Positions 49,256-59,455 of a stretch of DNA of 64,000 nt are shown here, in pieces. The notes beneath the pieces are model-generated. The model saw only the letters and a program-made list of their open reading frames with translations, had not been told where the DNA came from and did no database searches. Within the stretch, counting starts at the first letter, position 1. Each line of letters starts with the position of its first letter. The DNA is from Gammaproteobacteria bacterium (GTDB lineage Bacteria > Pseudomonadota > Gammaproteobacteria > SZUA-229): contig JASBSR010000007.1 in the NCBI GenBank assembly GCA_030148865.1, positions 642-64,641 of the forward strand, written 5' to 3'. The position numbers and the translations under genes are program-made.

Positions 49256-50481
49256 ACGGGGGCTATTATAAAATTTAAATGTGAGTGGGCGATTTTTAGC
49301 GAGTGTATAACATCATCCGGCTGTTTACCGCGGGCAAAAATATAACCGGGATATTGATTGCCTTCAGGCAGTGGAATCAGTTCGTGGCCATCGCTGACGA
49401 TAATCTCGACCCGGTCTACGCCCGGCGTGCTGCGCGCAGCTTTCAGACCCTCAACGCGGCGCAATAAACCCGCCTGTGGAATTGGCAGCATCATCACGCC
49501 GCGACTTTCTGTGGGTGGTGTCACATTGCCCGGTAAGCCAGTAGCAAGTGAAACCGCCAGTTCTTCAATATTGAGACCTGCGCCATTATCCAGCATGCGC
49601 CCGCAATCACCGCCAATGGTACGCGATGCGACTTCGAGTATCCATGCATTGTCAGTATTGACGCGCAGTTCGGCGTGTATCGGGCCGGTGCGTAAATCAT
49701 AGGCTTTGCAGGCCTGTTGCACAGCATCGAAGATGAGTTGCTGTGTGTTCTGGTCGAGACGCGATGGTGTCACGTAAATGGTTTCTTCAAAATAAGGCCC
49801 GGTGAGTGGCTCCGGTTTATCGAACAGGGCCAGCGTTTTTAATTCGCCCTGTACGAGGTAGCCCTCAAACGCAACTTCGACACCATCAATGTATTCTTCG
49901 ATCAATAAATGCGTGCGTTCGAAGTTATCATCGGCGGTACTGATAATTTTACGTATGCGTTCGCAGGCGCGAACTAAATCTTCATTATTATCGGCTCGTA
50001 TCACGCCGCGACTGGCAGACAGGTTGAGTGGTTTAATGACGCACGGCCACGGCAAGTCTTTTAGTTGTTTGTCGAGGGGCTGGTCTAAATCAATTAAACA
50101 ATGCAACGGCACCGGACAGCCGGTGCGCATGAGTTGCGTGCGTGCCAGATCTTTGCGCCTTGACAGGCGTGCGGCCGCGGGTGGATTATGCGGTAGGCCG
50201 AGTGTTGCTGCCGCCAGTGCAGCTAGTTCCACCGTGCTGTCGTCGCTGCCGAGGATACCCGCGAAGGGCTGCACCGCGGCGGCTTCAGTTATCATTTTCA
50301 GGGCCTGCTGAGGCTTTGATAAGTCGACATGCAAACCGCGATTGATTTCGGCGGTAAGTGAGTGTTCGCCGCGCGAAGCAATCAATACATCGAGACCGAG
50401 ACGATTCGCAGCCTTGAGGTAAGGTGCTATGCGATAGCTATTGGGTTGCGAGATTAAAAGTAAGCGGGGTTTGACTTTCAC
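49246..50481 (-). CDS. ATP-grasp domain protein (carboxylate-amine ligase superfamily), substrate unknown
   Basis: 411 aa with a pre-ATP-grasp N-domain and an ATP-grasp core (IKPLNLSASRGV ... EEYIDGVEVAFEG ... ELRV). Translationally coupled to the hydrolase. Confidence 0.65.
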   Translation of the reverse strand: MKVKPRLLLISQPNSYRIAPYLKAANRLGLDVLIASRGEHSLTAEINRGLHVDLSKPQQALKMITEAAAVQPFAGILGSDDSTVELAALAAATLGLPHNPPAAARLSRRKDLARTQLMRTGCPVPLHCLIDLDQPLDKQLKDLPWPCVIKPLNLSASRGVIRADNNEDLVRACERIRKIISTADDNFERTHLLIEEYIDGVEVAFEGYLVQGELKTLALFDKPEPLTGPYFEETIYVTPSRLDQNTQQLIFDAVQQACKAYDLRTGPIHAELRVNTDNAWILEVASRTIGGDCGRMLDNGAGLNIEELAVSLATGLPGNVTPPTESRGVMMLPIPQAGLLRRVEGLKAARSTPGVDRVEIIVSDGHELIPLPEGNQYPGYIFARGKQPDDVIHSLKIAHSHLNFIIAPVWR

Positions 50482-50622
50482 TTGAACAAAGTCTTATTCC
50501 AGTGATGCTGATGAAAAGCAATAAATTTACACTGTATGCAACACAATATTGTTTCGGGTATGAAAAAAACGGGCGCGGATCGATAAACGAAGCGCGCCCG
50601 TTTTTGTTATTCGGCTCGGTGA

Positions 50623-50988
50623 TTAAGCAGCGCCACCGCAACCACCGCAACTGCCAGAGCCGCCAGATTTCATGAATACATTCTTGAAGACGAAGCTGGC
50701 ACCGTTACCCTGATTTTGATAATCAATTTCTACACCTTCGAGGTATGACAGTGCAATTGCGTCGACATACATTTTGAGGCCATCTTTTTCCCAGACAGTA
50801 TCAAACTCAGTGGGGTGTTCAACAAAGGTCATACCGTATTGCATACCGCTACAGCCGCCACCGGAGACAAAAATACGGACGCCATTAACGGTTTCTTCAT
50901 TTTCAGTCAGTGCGATCAGTTGTTTGACCGCTTCGGGGGAAACATTGATCTCATCGTTGAGCTGAGTATTAAACTGGACTTGTGACAT
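50623..50988 (-). CDS. HesB/IscA-family Fe-S cluster insertion protein (ErpA-like) with an atypical Gly/Cys-rich C-terminus
   Basis: FVSGGGCSGMQYG core. The C-terminus SGGSGSCGGCGGAA replaces the canonical NPNA..TCGCG.SF. Start set at MSQVQF. Confidence 0.7.
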   Translation of the reverse strand: MSQVQFNTQLNDEINVSPEAVKQLIALTENEETVNGVRIFVSGGGCSGMQYGMTFVEHPTEFDTVWEKDGLKMYVDAIALSYLEGVEIDYQNQGNGASFVFKNVFMKSGGSGSCGGCGGAA

Positions 50989-51130
50989 GGCGAACCTCGA
51001 TTTCAGTGTTACAAACAAATAGATTGTACCAGAATCAGACTGCTTAAAACCTTATAGTTCCTTTGTGATTCAAGCGCCTTAGGCATGTTGTCTGTGTGGG
51101 TATGGAGCCGGAGATTTCAGGCTGGCAGTG

Positions 51131-54100
51131 TCAAATCGGGCTACGGCCCGGCTGGTGGATCAGGCGGTAGACCGCGGGCACCAGCACCAGCGACACCAGC
51201 ATGGAGAAACTCAGACCCCAGACGATGACATAGGCCAGTGGTTGCAGCATTTCGGCGCCTTCGCCCAGTCCGATGGCCAGCGGTAGCATGCCGAACACCG
51301 TGGTCAGGGTAGTCATCAGGATGGGGCGCAGGCGCTGGCTGGCAGCGAGGCTGATCGACTCAGCCACAGTATTGCCTCTTTCGCGCTCGATTTCGATTTG
51401 CTCGATCAGCACAATGGAATTATTCACCACGATTCCGGCGAGCATGATCATGCCCAGATACACTGGGGTCGAGATCAGCAGGTCGCCGCTCCAGAGTCCA
51501 AGGCTGACACCGATCAGAGCGAAAGGAATGCTGCTGAGAATAATCAGCGGATTGCGCAGCGACTCGTACTGCAAGGCCATCACCACCAGTACTAGAAATA
51601 TTGCCAGTGCCAGTAACAGCCAGCTCGACTGCTGGGCATTGCTCAGAGTTTTGCTGGCACCGCCGTCGTACAGGTAATAACCATCAGGCAGTTTAAAGTC
51701 TTTCAGCGCCTGTTGAATTTCAGCATTGACTACATCGAGACTGGTATTGGCATCCAGCGCGGCGGTGATCTCGACGATGCGCTGCTGCTGATCGTGTTTA
51801 ATCGCCGCCGGTGCTGGCCCACGACTGATGCTGGCGACTTCGTGCAGCCGCACCGGGCGACCGTTATGCTGACCCACCAGTAAATTGCCCAGCTTCGCCG
51901 GGGTGTCGCTGAGTTTTCTCGGCAGCCGCATACGCACGTCGAACTGGCGGTCGCCTTCGATATAGTTGGATATAATGCTGCCATCGAGCGCGATGCGCAG
52001 CGCCTGTCCCAGACTGTCGATGTGGGTACCGAGATCGGCCGCGCGCTGGCGATCGATGTGCACATTGAGTTCTTCGTTGAGGCCTTCGTACGACTGTTCG
52101 GCATTACGCAGGCCGGGCAGGTCACGAATTTTTTCGACCACCTGGGTGGCGAGCTCGGTCAGGGTTTCGATATCCTGACCCTGGATTCGCAGGCTGATAT
52201 CGTTGTCGCCGCTGCTGAGGCGGATGCCGCGCACTCCCTGAACCCGGAGCCGGATTTTGTAGCCGGTGAGGGTAAGTGATTTGATTGCCGCGTCCATTTT
52301 TTTCACCCAGGCTTCACTACTGATGCTGCGGTCGTCCAAAGGAACCAGTTTTACCTTGAGCGAGCTGCTGTCGCTGCTTTCGTATTCTGAGCGGCCAAAA
52401 ATATGACCACCGATGGTGCTGAACACGGTTTCGACCTCAGGCTGTGCCAGCAGCAGGCTTTCGACTTTTTCGACAGTAGCGTCCATTTCATCCAGATTCA
52501 TGCCGGCGTCACCGCGGATCGAAATACTGACATTACCTTCGTCCATTGCCGGTAAAAAAACAAAGCCCTGATGCATCATGCCCAGCACTGCGGGGATGAA
52601 AGCAAGCAGAAAAAAGATCACTATGGGTGTCGGACAGAGCACAATGCGCTCGACCACATGTTGATATTTAACTTTAACTTTATTAATTAAATTATTAAAT
52701 ATACTTTTATTTTTCGTCTCTGACTTGATTCGGGCACCAAGCGCTGGCACCAGCGTCAGCGCCACCAGCAATGCTGCCAGCATGGCCGAGGTGATGGTGA
52801 TAATCAGCTCGCGGAAGAGTAATCCGGTGAGCCCGCCGATGAATAAAAACGGCAGGATAGCAGCGAGATTGGTTGCGGTCGAGGCCACGATCGGGCTGTT
52901 GACTTCGGCAGCTGCGGTAATCGCATTATCTGCTGCCGAGCCGCTGTCGTGCTGATGGCGGGTGATGTTTTCCAGCATCACAATGGTGCTGTCGATGAGC
53001 AGCCCCATGCCCAGCGCGAGACCGCCCAGGGTCATGATGTTCAGCGTCAGGTCGTTGATGTCCATGATGGTGAAGGTCACCAGTATACCCAGCGGAATTG
53101 CGCTGCCGATGATCAGCGTGCGCACCAGATTGCCGAGGAACAGGTAGATCACCAACATCGCCAGCAGGGCGCCACTGACCGCCGCCATGCTGGCGTTGTT
53201 CAGGGCATGACGCACGTAGACCGACTGATCGTCAACCGTGGTCGCAGTGACATCGGCGGGCATGAGTTTTTGGCCATCCAGCTGCTGCAGTCGGTGCTGG
53301 ACTTCGTCGACCACGCTCACAGTATTCGCCTGCGGCAGTTTTTGCACCGAGACTTTGACCCCTGGGCGCTGGTTCAGGCGTACCCGCAGACGTTCGTCCT
53401 GGTGCGAATCCAGTACTTCGGCGACATCGCGCAGGCGCAATACACCATCGATACCGGTGTTGCCAGCATTCCACAGCGGCAGATTGCGCAGTGCTTCCAC
53501 CGACTCAAATCGCCCGCGAGTGCGGGTGCTGATTTCACTGGAGGGGCTCATCAGCCGGCCACCAGCGGCATCAGAATTATTGCGCTGGATAATGCCGGCG
53601 AGATCGCCGAGCGAGAGACCGACGCTGGCGAGAACGTCCTGATCGGGCAGAATCTGGATTTCGCGTTGTAGGCCGCCGCCGACTTCGATCGCCGCCACCC
53701 CGGGCAGAGTGAGAAACCAGCGCGAGAAGGTATAGTCTGCCCAGGTGCGTAACTCAACTGCATCGAGCTCATTGGAACTGAGCACCAGTTCCATCACCGG
53801 GATTTGCGCCGGGTCGCGTTTATAAATCACCGGTGGCTCGATAGTATCGGGCAAAAACCGTTTTGCGCGATCGAGCCGGGTGCTGGCATCGCGCAGCGCG
53901 AGGTCGATGTCAGTGCCGTAGGGAAAGCTGAGATCGACTGAACTGTTGCCTTCGGTGCTGTTGGACTGCACCTGAATCGCGCCTTCGGTGATCGCCAGCT
54001 GTTCTTCGAGCTGGCGGGTGACGCGATCTTCCATAATTTCTGCGGGCACGCCGGGGTCGTTGATGCGCACCCGTACTTCGGGGTAAATAATGTGCGGTAG

Positions 54101-54229
54101 CAGATCGATGCTGAGGCGCTGTAACGAGAACAGACCAATCACCACTGCGGTCAGCGCCAGCATAATGACGCCGATCGGATGATGAATCGACCAGGCGGCG
54201 AGGCCGCCGCTACGGAAACGTTGTTTCAT
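51131..54229 (-). CDS. RND multidrug efflux permease (HAE1, AcrB/MexB family)
   Basis: The 1032-aa 12-TM RND protein has an HAE1-type N-terminus. Its start overlaps the adaptor stop (ATGA). Confidence 0.85.
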   Translation of the reverse strand: MKQRFRSGGLAAWSIHHPIGVIMLALTAVVIGLFSLQRLSIDLLPHIIYPEVRVRINDPGVPAEIMEDRVTRQLEEQLAITEGAIQVQSNSTEGNSSVDLSFPYGTDIDLALRDASTRLDRAKRFLPDTIEPPVIYKRDPAQIPVMELVLSSNELDAVELRTWADYTFSRWFLTLPGVAAIEVGGGLQREIQILPDQDVLASVGLSLGDLAGIIQRNNSDAAGGRLMSPSSEISTRTRGRFESVEALRNLPLWNAGNTGIDGVLRLRDVAEVLDSHQDERLRVRLNQRPGVKVSVQKLPQANTVSVVDEVQHRLQQLDGQKLMPADVTATTVDDQSVYVRHALNNASMAAVSGALLAMLVIYLFLGNLVRTLIIGSAIPLGILVTFTIMDINDLTLNIMTLGGLALGMGLLIDSTIVMLENITRHQHDSGSAADNAITAAAEVNSPIVASTATNLAAILPFLFIGGLTGLLFRELIITITSAMLAALLVALTLVPALGARIKSETKNKSIFNNLINKVKVKYQHVVERIVLCPTPIVIFFLLAFIPAVLGMMHQGFVFLPAMDEGNVSISIRGDAGMNLDEMDATVEKVESLLLAQPEVETVFSTIGGHIFGRSEYESSDSSSLKVKLVPLDDRSISSEAWVKKMDAAIKSLTLTGYKIRLRVQGVRGIRLSSGDNDISLRIQGQDIETLTELATQVVEKIRDLPGLRNAEQSYEGLNEELNVHIDRQRAADLGTHIDSLGQALRIALDGSIISNYIEGDRQFDVRMRLPRKLSDTPAKLGNLLVGQHNGRPVRLHEVASISRGPAPAAIKHDQQQRIVEITAALDANTSLDVVNAEIQQALKDFKLPDGYYLYDGGASKTLSNAQQSSWLLLALAIFLVLVVMALQYESLRNPLIILSSIPFALIGVSLGLWSGDLLISTPVYLGMIMLAGIVVNNSIVLIEQIEIERERGNTVAESISLAASQRLRPILMTTLTTVFGMLPLAIGLGEGAEMLQPLAYVIVWGLSFSMLVSLVLVPAVYRLIHQPGRSPI

Positions 54230-55302
54230 ACGCTGCCGTTATGGCTGTTGGGCAATTCCGGCTGAAAGACTTTCACCTGTTTGTTATCGCGCAGACCGAT
54301 GAAGCCCTTGATCACGACGCGATCGCCTGGGCTCAGGCCGTCACGAATTTCGAGCAGCTCGCCGTGTTGCAGGCCTTTTTGCAGATAAATCTTATGCGCC
54401 TTGCTGGCAGTGTCGATGCGGTAAACATAGGCACCGTTGGTGTCGTGATGAATCGCGCGGGTCGGGATCACCAGGTGTTCGCTGGCGCGTGTTTTCAGCG
54501 TGACTCTGGCCAGCTGACCGACGCGAGCCCCGTCGGGTATCGGGGTAAGTTCAATCTCGACCACGCCTTTGCGGGTACTGGCGTCGATGGTCGGATAAAT
54601 GCGACTGATGCGTGCCGGATAGAGCTGACCACCGAGGGCGTCGATACTGACTGCGACGTTATCGCCAGTGTGCAGTCGTGGAATCCAGCTTTCTGCCAGA
54701 TTGAGTTTTAAATAAATTGAGCTCGGATCAATCATGGTAAGAATCAGGCTGTGTACAGCGACGACATCGCCGGGCTCAAAAAAACGTTGACTAATAATAC
54801 CGGTGAAAGGTGCGCGCAGTCGGGTGAGTGCGAGCCGGGCGCTCTGTAAATCGAATTCTGCGGCGGCGATGTCGAGCGCGGTTGCGGCGCGGGCGATTTC
54901 TTCGTCCGAGGCCAGTTGCCTGGGTCTGAGTTTTAGCAGGCGCTGATAATCGAGTTTAGCCTGGGCTTTTTGGGCGCGGGCTTTGGCGAGTTCGGCCTGG
55001 GTCAGAGTATCGTCAATCGTGATCAGCAACTGGTCTTTTTTCGCGACATCGCCCTGATGCAGTGGCAATTGTGTGATCGCGCCACTGATTTCGTTATATA
55101 GACTCACGGTTTTTGCGGCTTCCAGCGTGCCTGCGACGCTAAGTTCGCTGCTGACCAGCTGGATATCGGCGAGACCCACTTCGACAATATGTTCACTGGC
55201 TTTCTTTTGGGGTTTGGCGGCATCGTTGTTACTGCAGGCGGAAAGCGCGAGTAGCGAGATGAACAGAACGGGAAAGGTTAATTTGGTTATAATCATGTGC
55301 AC
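54226..55302 (-). CDS. RND efflux periplasmic adaptor subunit (HlyD/AcrA family)
   Basis: Lipoprotein signal (LALSACS) and a membrane-fusion-protein domain organisation. Confidence 0.8.
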   Translation of the reverse strand: MHMIITKLTFPVLFISLLALSACSNNDAAKPQKKASEHIVEVGLADIQLVSSELSVAGTLEAAKTVSLYNEISGAITQLPLHQGDVAKKDQLLITIDDTLTQAELAKARAQKAQAKLDYQRLLKLRPRQLASDEEIARAATALDIAAAEFDLQSARLALTRLRAPFTGIISQRFFEPGDVVAVHSLILTMIDPSSIYLKLNLAESWIPRLHTGDNVAVSIDALGGQLYPARISRIYPTIDASTRKGVVEIELTPIPDGARVGQLARVTLKTRASEHLVIPTRAIHHDTNGAYVYRIDTASKAHKIYLQKGLQHGELLEIRDGLSPGDRVVIKGFIGLRDNKQVKVFQPELPNSHNGSV

Positions 55303-55385
55303 AGTTTATATCACAAGTTATCGCTAGAGATATCTAAGTCCAGGCCTGAATTTCAGCAGAATTATTTAAACAGTTGTAACGCATA

Positions 55386-57203
55386 ATGGTTCACAGACCC
55401 ACCTCGAAACCGCACGGTGATCGCAAAGACTGGCAAAATCTGAAACGACTGCTGCCCTATGTCTGGGATTTCAGGGGCAGGGTGCTGGTCGCGCTCACCT
55501 GTCTGGTGCTATCCAAAGTGGCCATCGTCGGGATGCCGCTGGTGCTCAAGGAAATTGTCGATGCGCTCGACGCCAGCAAGTTACAGACTAATGCAGTGTT
55601 GGTACTGCCTATGGCCATGCTGCTAGGGTACGGCGCCTTACGCCTGGCAGGGTCGTTGTTTAATGAGCTACGCGATGCGGTGTTTGCGCGTGTGCGCTAC
55701 CACGCGATGCGCGGTATTTCATTACGCGTGCTCAAACATCTGTATTCGTTATCGCTCAGCTATCATCTGGATCGCAAGACCGGCGGTGTTACCCGTGATC
55801 TGGAACGCGGCACCAACTCTTTAAGTTCGATCCTGAATTATCTGGTGTTCAATATTATCCCCACTGCGGCTGAATTCACCTTTGTTGCCGTGATTCTGCT
55901 CGGTCGCTACGAACCGCGTTTCGCGATCGTGACGTTCGTGACGGTGGCTTCATATATTGCCTTTACTCTGCTGGTAACCAACTGGCGCATGCATTATCGT
56001 CATGAGATGAATACGCTGGAATCCAGAGCTAATAGTTTTGCGGTTGATGGCATGCTCAATTATGAAACCGTGAAATATTTCACCAATGAACAGTACGAGC
56101 TGAAACAATACGATAACACCCTGGCTGAATGGGAAACCGCAGCCGTCAAAAGCCAGACCTCAATGTCGATACTCAATTTTGGTCAGGGTGCGGTGATTGC
56201 CACAGGTGTGACATTCATGATGGTGTACGCTGCGCAGGGCGTGGTTGCTGGCACCATGACGCTGGGTGATCTGGTACTGGTGCACGCCATGATGCTGCAA
56301 TTGTTTATTCCATTGAACTTTCTCGGTATTATTTATCGCGCACTAAAATATTCATTGGCCGACATGGATATGATGTTGAAGTTGCTGGATACCCCGCAGC
56401 AAATTAAAGACAAGCCTGATGCCAAAGCGTTGCAGGTGAGTAAAGCACATCTTCGGTTTGAGAATATTTCATTTCGATACAATGCAGAGCGCGAAATTCT
56501 AAATTCTGTTTCTTTTGAAGTGCCACCTGGTCACAAGGTGGCAGTGGTTGGTCCTTCGGGGGCGGGCAAGTCAACGCTGGCGCGGCTGTTGTTCCGGTTT
56601 TATGAAACCAGCTCAGGCGCGATTTCTATTGACGAACAAAACATTAATCAGGTTACGCAGGAGAGTTTGCGTGCAAATATTGGTATCGTGCCACAAGATA
56701 CCGTGCTGTTTAATCACAGCATCGAGCACAATATTCGTTATGCGCGACTCGATGCGTCACATGATGAAATTATTCACGCCGCTAAAATGGCAGACATTCA
56801 TGACTTCATTAATTCACTGCCGGATAAATACAACACTGTCGTCGGTGAACGTGGCCTGAAACTGTCTGGTGGTGAAAAACAACGCGTGGCGATTGCGCGT
56901 GTGATTTTGAAAAATCCCAAGATACTGGTATTCGATGAAGCCACGTCTTCACTAGATTCACATTCTGAACAGCAGATTTTGTCAGCCTTGGAAGCGGTAG
57001 CGGAAAAACACACCACGCTGGTGATTGCGCATCGGTTATCGACCGTAATCGATGCGGATAATATCATGGTGCTGGAGAAAGGCAGGATAGCAGAACAGGG
57101 CAGTCATCAGCAGTTGCTTGAAAAGAACGGCCTTTACGCCCATCTCTGGGAACTGCAGCAGGAAGAGCGCAAAACAGCAGAATTATTGCAAGACGTGGTT
57201 TAG
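55386..57203 (+). CDS. ABC transporter fused permease/ATPase, Atm1/ABCB7/HMT-like exporter
   Basis: The 605-aa protein has an N-terminal 6-TM domain and a C-terminal nucleotide-binding domain (Walker A GPSGAGKST, signature LSGGEKQRVAIAR). The N-terminal region resembles bacterial Atm1. Confidence 0.75.
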   Translation: MVHRPTSKPHGDRKDWQNLKRLLPYVWDFRGRVLVALTCLVLSKVAIVGMPLVLKEIVDALDASKLQTNAVLVLPMAMLLGYGALRLAGSLFNELRDAVFARVRYHAMRGISLRVLKHLYSLSLSYHLDRKTGGVTRDLERGTNSLSSILNYLVFNIIPTAAEFTFVAVILLGRYEPRFAIVTFVTVASYIAFTLLVTNWRMHYRHEMNTLESRANSFAVDGMLNYETVKYFTNEQYELKQYDNTLAEWETAAVKSQTSMSILNFGQGAVIATGVTFMMVYAAQGVVAGTMTLGDLVLVHAMMLQLFIPLNFLGIIYRALKYSLADMDMMLKLLDTPQQIKDKPDAKALQVSKAHLRFENISFRYNAEREILNSVSFEVPPGHKVAVVGPSGAGKSTLARLLFRFYETSSGAISIDEQNINQVTQESLRANIGIVPQDTVLFNHSIEHNIRYARLDASHDEIIHAAKMADIHDFINSLPDKYNTVVGERGLKLSGGEKQRVAIARVILKNPKILVFDEATSSLDSHSEQQILSALEAVAEKHTTLVIAHRLSTVIDADNIMVLEKGRIAEQGSHQQLLEKNGLYAHLWELQQEERKTAELLQDVV

Positions 57204-57440
57204 ATCTTTTGTCATTCGTGTACATTGCAGCAAAGTTGAGGGGTTCTTTGTCCTTGTGCCTGTCTGCCGACAGGCGCAACTCTGTCAGAATGACGGGCTG
57301 TGGGGTGCGTGGTGTCAGAATGAAACATTCTGTGTTGTAAGCTATCTGTCAAAGTCTATCATTTCGAGCGCGCCTCACGCTATGATAAATAATCCCTCCC
57401 AAAGTTTGTCATTTCGACCAGCGGGAGAAATCTCCGTCCG
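57204..57440. repeat. Cluster of REP-like hairpin repeats (GTCATTTCG family)
   Basis: TTGTCATTCG, the direct repeats GTCAGAATGACGGG / GTCAGAATGAAACATTCTG (perfect palindrome CAGAATG-aaa-CATTCTG), CTATCATTTCGAGCGCGCC, TTGTCATTTCGACCAGCGGGAGAAATCTCCG, and the GCCTGTC-tgccga-CAGGC hairpin. Confidence 0.55.
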
Positions 57441-57778
57441 TACACTCAGTAATAAATATTTAATATTCGTGTAAAAACAGGATATGAATACCTGGTATTT
57501 CAAAAACCTCGGCGCGGTTGACTTGGCGGAGCCTGTCTTGCAACAACTGTGGATGGAATTTGCGGAGCTGTAGCAGGTCGCAGCGTGGACAAATATGTCG
57601 CAGTGTTTGTGCGCCACGAAACCGCTGTGCAATTATGTTGTGAAGTGGTTGTTTATTTTTCGCCTGGGGCGACGGAGCTGGCCGAGATGTTTTCTGCGTA
57701 AACTTGTTTATCACCCGAACCGGGTGATCTTGGTTTGCTCGCAGGAAATGAACGTGTCTGGATAACCTTGTTTGCATC

Positions 57779-58453
57779 ATGAAAAAGTTTTCGGATCAAA
57801 AAATTATCGACTCCTGGCAGGGTAATGTTTTACCCTGGGTGAGAGCGATACGTGATGGTGAGATTGTCAGTCGCACGCAGATTACCAATCAGGCGATTAT
57901 CGATGTTATTTGCCAATATGTGCCGAAAACAGTGCTCGACATTGGCTGTGGGGAAGGCTGGCTGACGCGCGAGCTTGACGCATGCGGCATTGCAACGCTG
58001 GGTGTCGATGTGGTCACCGAGATGATCGCAGCAGCCGAACAGACGGGTGCAGGGCGTTATCGTGTACTTGCTTACGAAGATATATCGGCGAGCACGCTGG
58101 CAGAAAAATTCGACCTGCTGGTGTGTAATTTTTCGCTTCTGGGTAAGGAATCGGTGGTGCAAGTGTTTCAGCAGGCGACGGATTTATTGAATCCCTCGGG
58201 GAGCTTGATTGTGCAAACGCTCCATCCTGAAATCACCTGTGGTGATCAGGCCTATGTTGATGGCTGGCGCGAAGGTTCATGGGCTGGTTTTAACGATGCG
58301 TTTCGTGATCCTGCGCCGTGGTACTTCAGAACAGTCGAGAGCTGGTTAGGGCTGTTCGACAAACACGGTTTTGCCGTGCCGGGTGTGATCGAACCGCGAG
58401 TTGTGGCCAATGCGCCGCCGGTATCGATTATTTTTGCCGGAAGTATCCCGTAA
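57779..58453 (+). CDS. Class I SAM-dependent methyltransferase
   Basis: Motif I VLDIGCGEGW and the Rossmann-fold layout. Confidence 0.75.
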   Translation: MKKFSDQKIIDSWQGNVLPWVRAIRDGEIVSRTQITNQAIIDVICQYVPKTVLDIGCGEGWLTRELDACGIATLGVDVVTEMIAAAEQTGAGRYRVLAYEDISASTLAEKFDLLVCNFSLLGKESVVQVFQQATDLLNPSGSLIVQTLHPEITCGDQAYVDGWREGSWAGFNDAFRDPAPWYFRTVESWLGLFDKHGFAVPGVIEPRVVANAPPVSIIFAGSIP

Positions 58454-58547
58454 GCAGCAGATGAGATTAGCTCTGCGAATCTGCTATCATCGCGCTCAGG
58501 TTGGGTAATCTTGCCCGCAGACTTTCATAATATAAGGAACCCGCCCC

Positions 58548-59171
58548 ATGCTATCAGCGCGCGAAGCCCTGCAACGTTTACAGGACGGCAATCGCCGTTT
58601 TGTCTCTGATCTCGATGGTGGTGCGGCCACCACTGGCCAGATTCGGCGCAGCGGACTGGCAGCCGCGCAGGAGCCAATGGCAATCATTCTGGGTTGCTCG
58701 GATTCACGTGTCCCTGCCGAAATCGTGTTCGATCAGGGTCTGGGTGATCTGTTTGTTATCCGTGTGGCGGGCAATATTGTTGCGCCTTCGCAGGTGGGCA
58801 GTGTCGAATTCGCCGCCGAACAATTCGGCACCCGGCTGGTGGTGGTGCTCGGGCATTCCACGTGTGGTGCGATTCAGGCCACACTCGATGATTTGCAGCG
58901 TCCAGCACAATCCCGGTCACCGAATTTGCATTCTATCGTCGACCGCATTCGTCCGGCGTTGCAAAGTCTGATGGATACGGATCTCAAAAACGATCCGGAA
59001 AGTTTATTGAACCATGCAGTGCGTGCTAATATTCTCGCCTCGGCCAGCCATCTGCGTCACGGTTCACAGATTCTCGAACGCCTGATCCAGGAAGATGGTC
59101 TGATGGTGGTGGGTGCAGAATATTCGCTGGACACCGGTGTGGTTGATTTTTTTGACGGTGTACCTGAATAG
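58548..59171 (+). CDS. Beta-class carbonic anhydrase
   Basis: Zinc ligand motifs CSDSRV and HSTCGA. Confidence 0.85.
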   Translation: MLSAREALQRLQDGNRRFVSDLDGGAATTGQIRRSGLAAAQEPMAIILGCSDSRVPAEIVFDQGLGDLFVIRVAGNIVAPSQVGSVEFAAEQFGTRLVVVLGHSTCGAIQATLDDLQRPAQSRSPNLHSIVDRIRPALQSLMDTDLKNDPESLLNHAVRANILASASHLRHGSQILERLIQEDGLMVVGAEYSLDTGVVDFFDGVPE

Positions 59172-59455
59172 TCGCTTAATGTTTGATAAACGGCTGCTTA
59201 ACTATCACGCAAGATTCGGGTCGTTGTCTGTCTTCAGAGAACACACACTATTCAGCAAAGTGAACATATTGGTGAATATCATTACGCCACGGTTTGCAAG
59301 CATGCCTGCATATTTGAAGAATGGCGCAGTGTTAATATGGATAAGTGATTGTCATGATTTAGTCACCGCTATGTCACACCCAGGTAATGACTGTGCTTTT
59401 ATAATCTCTGTTCAAGTCATCAATGGAAGATGATTAAATTGTACTAAACAGGCCA

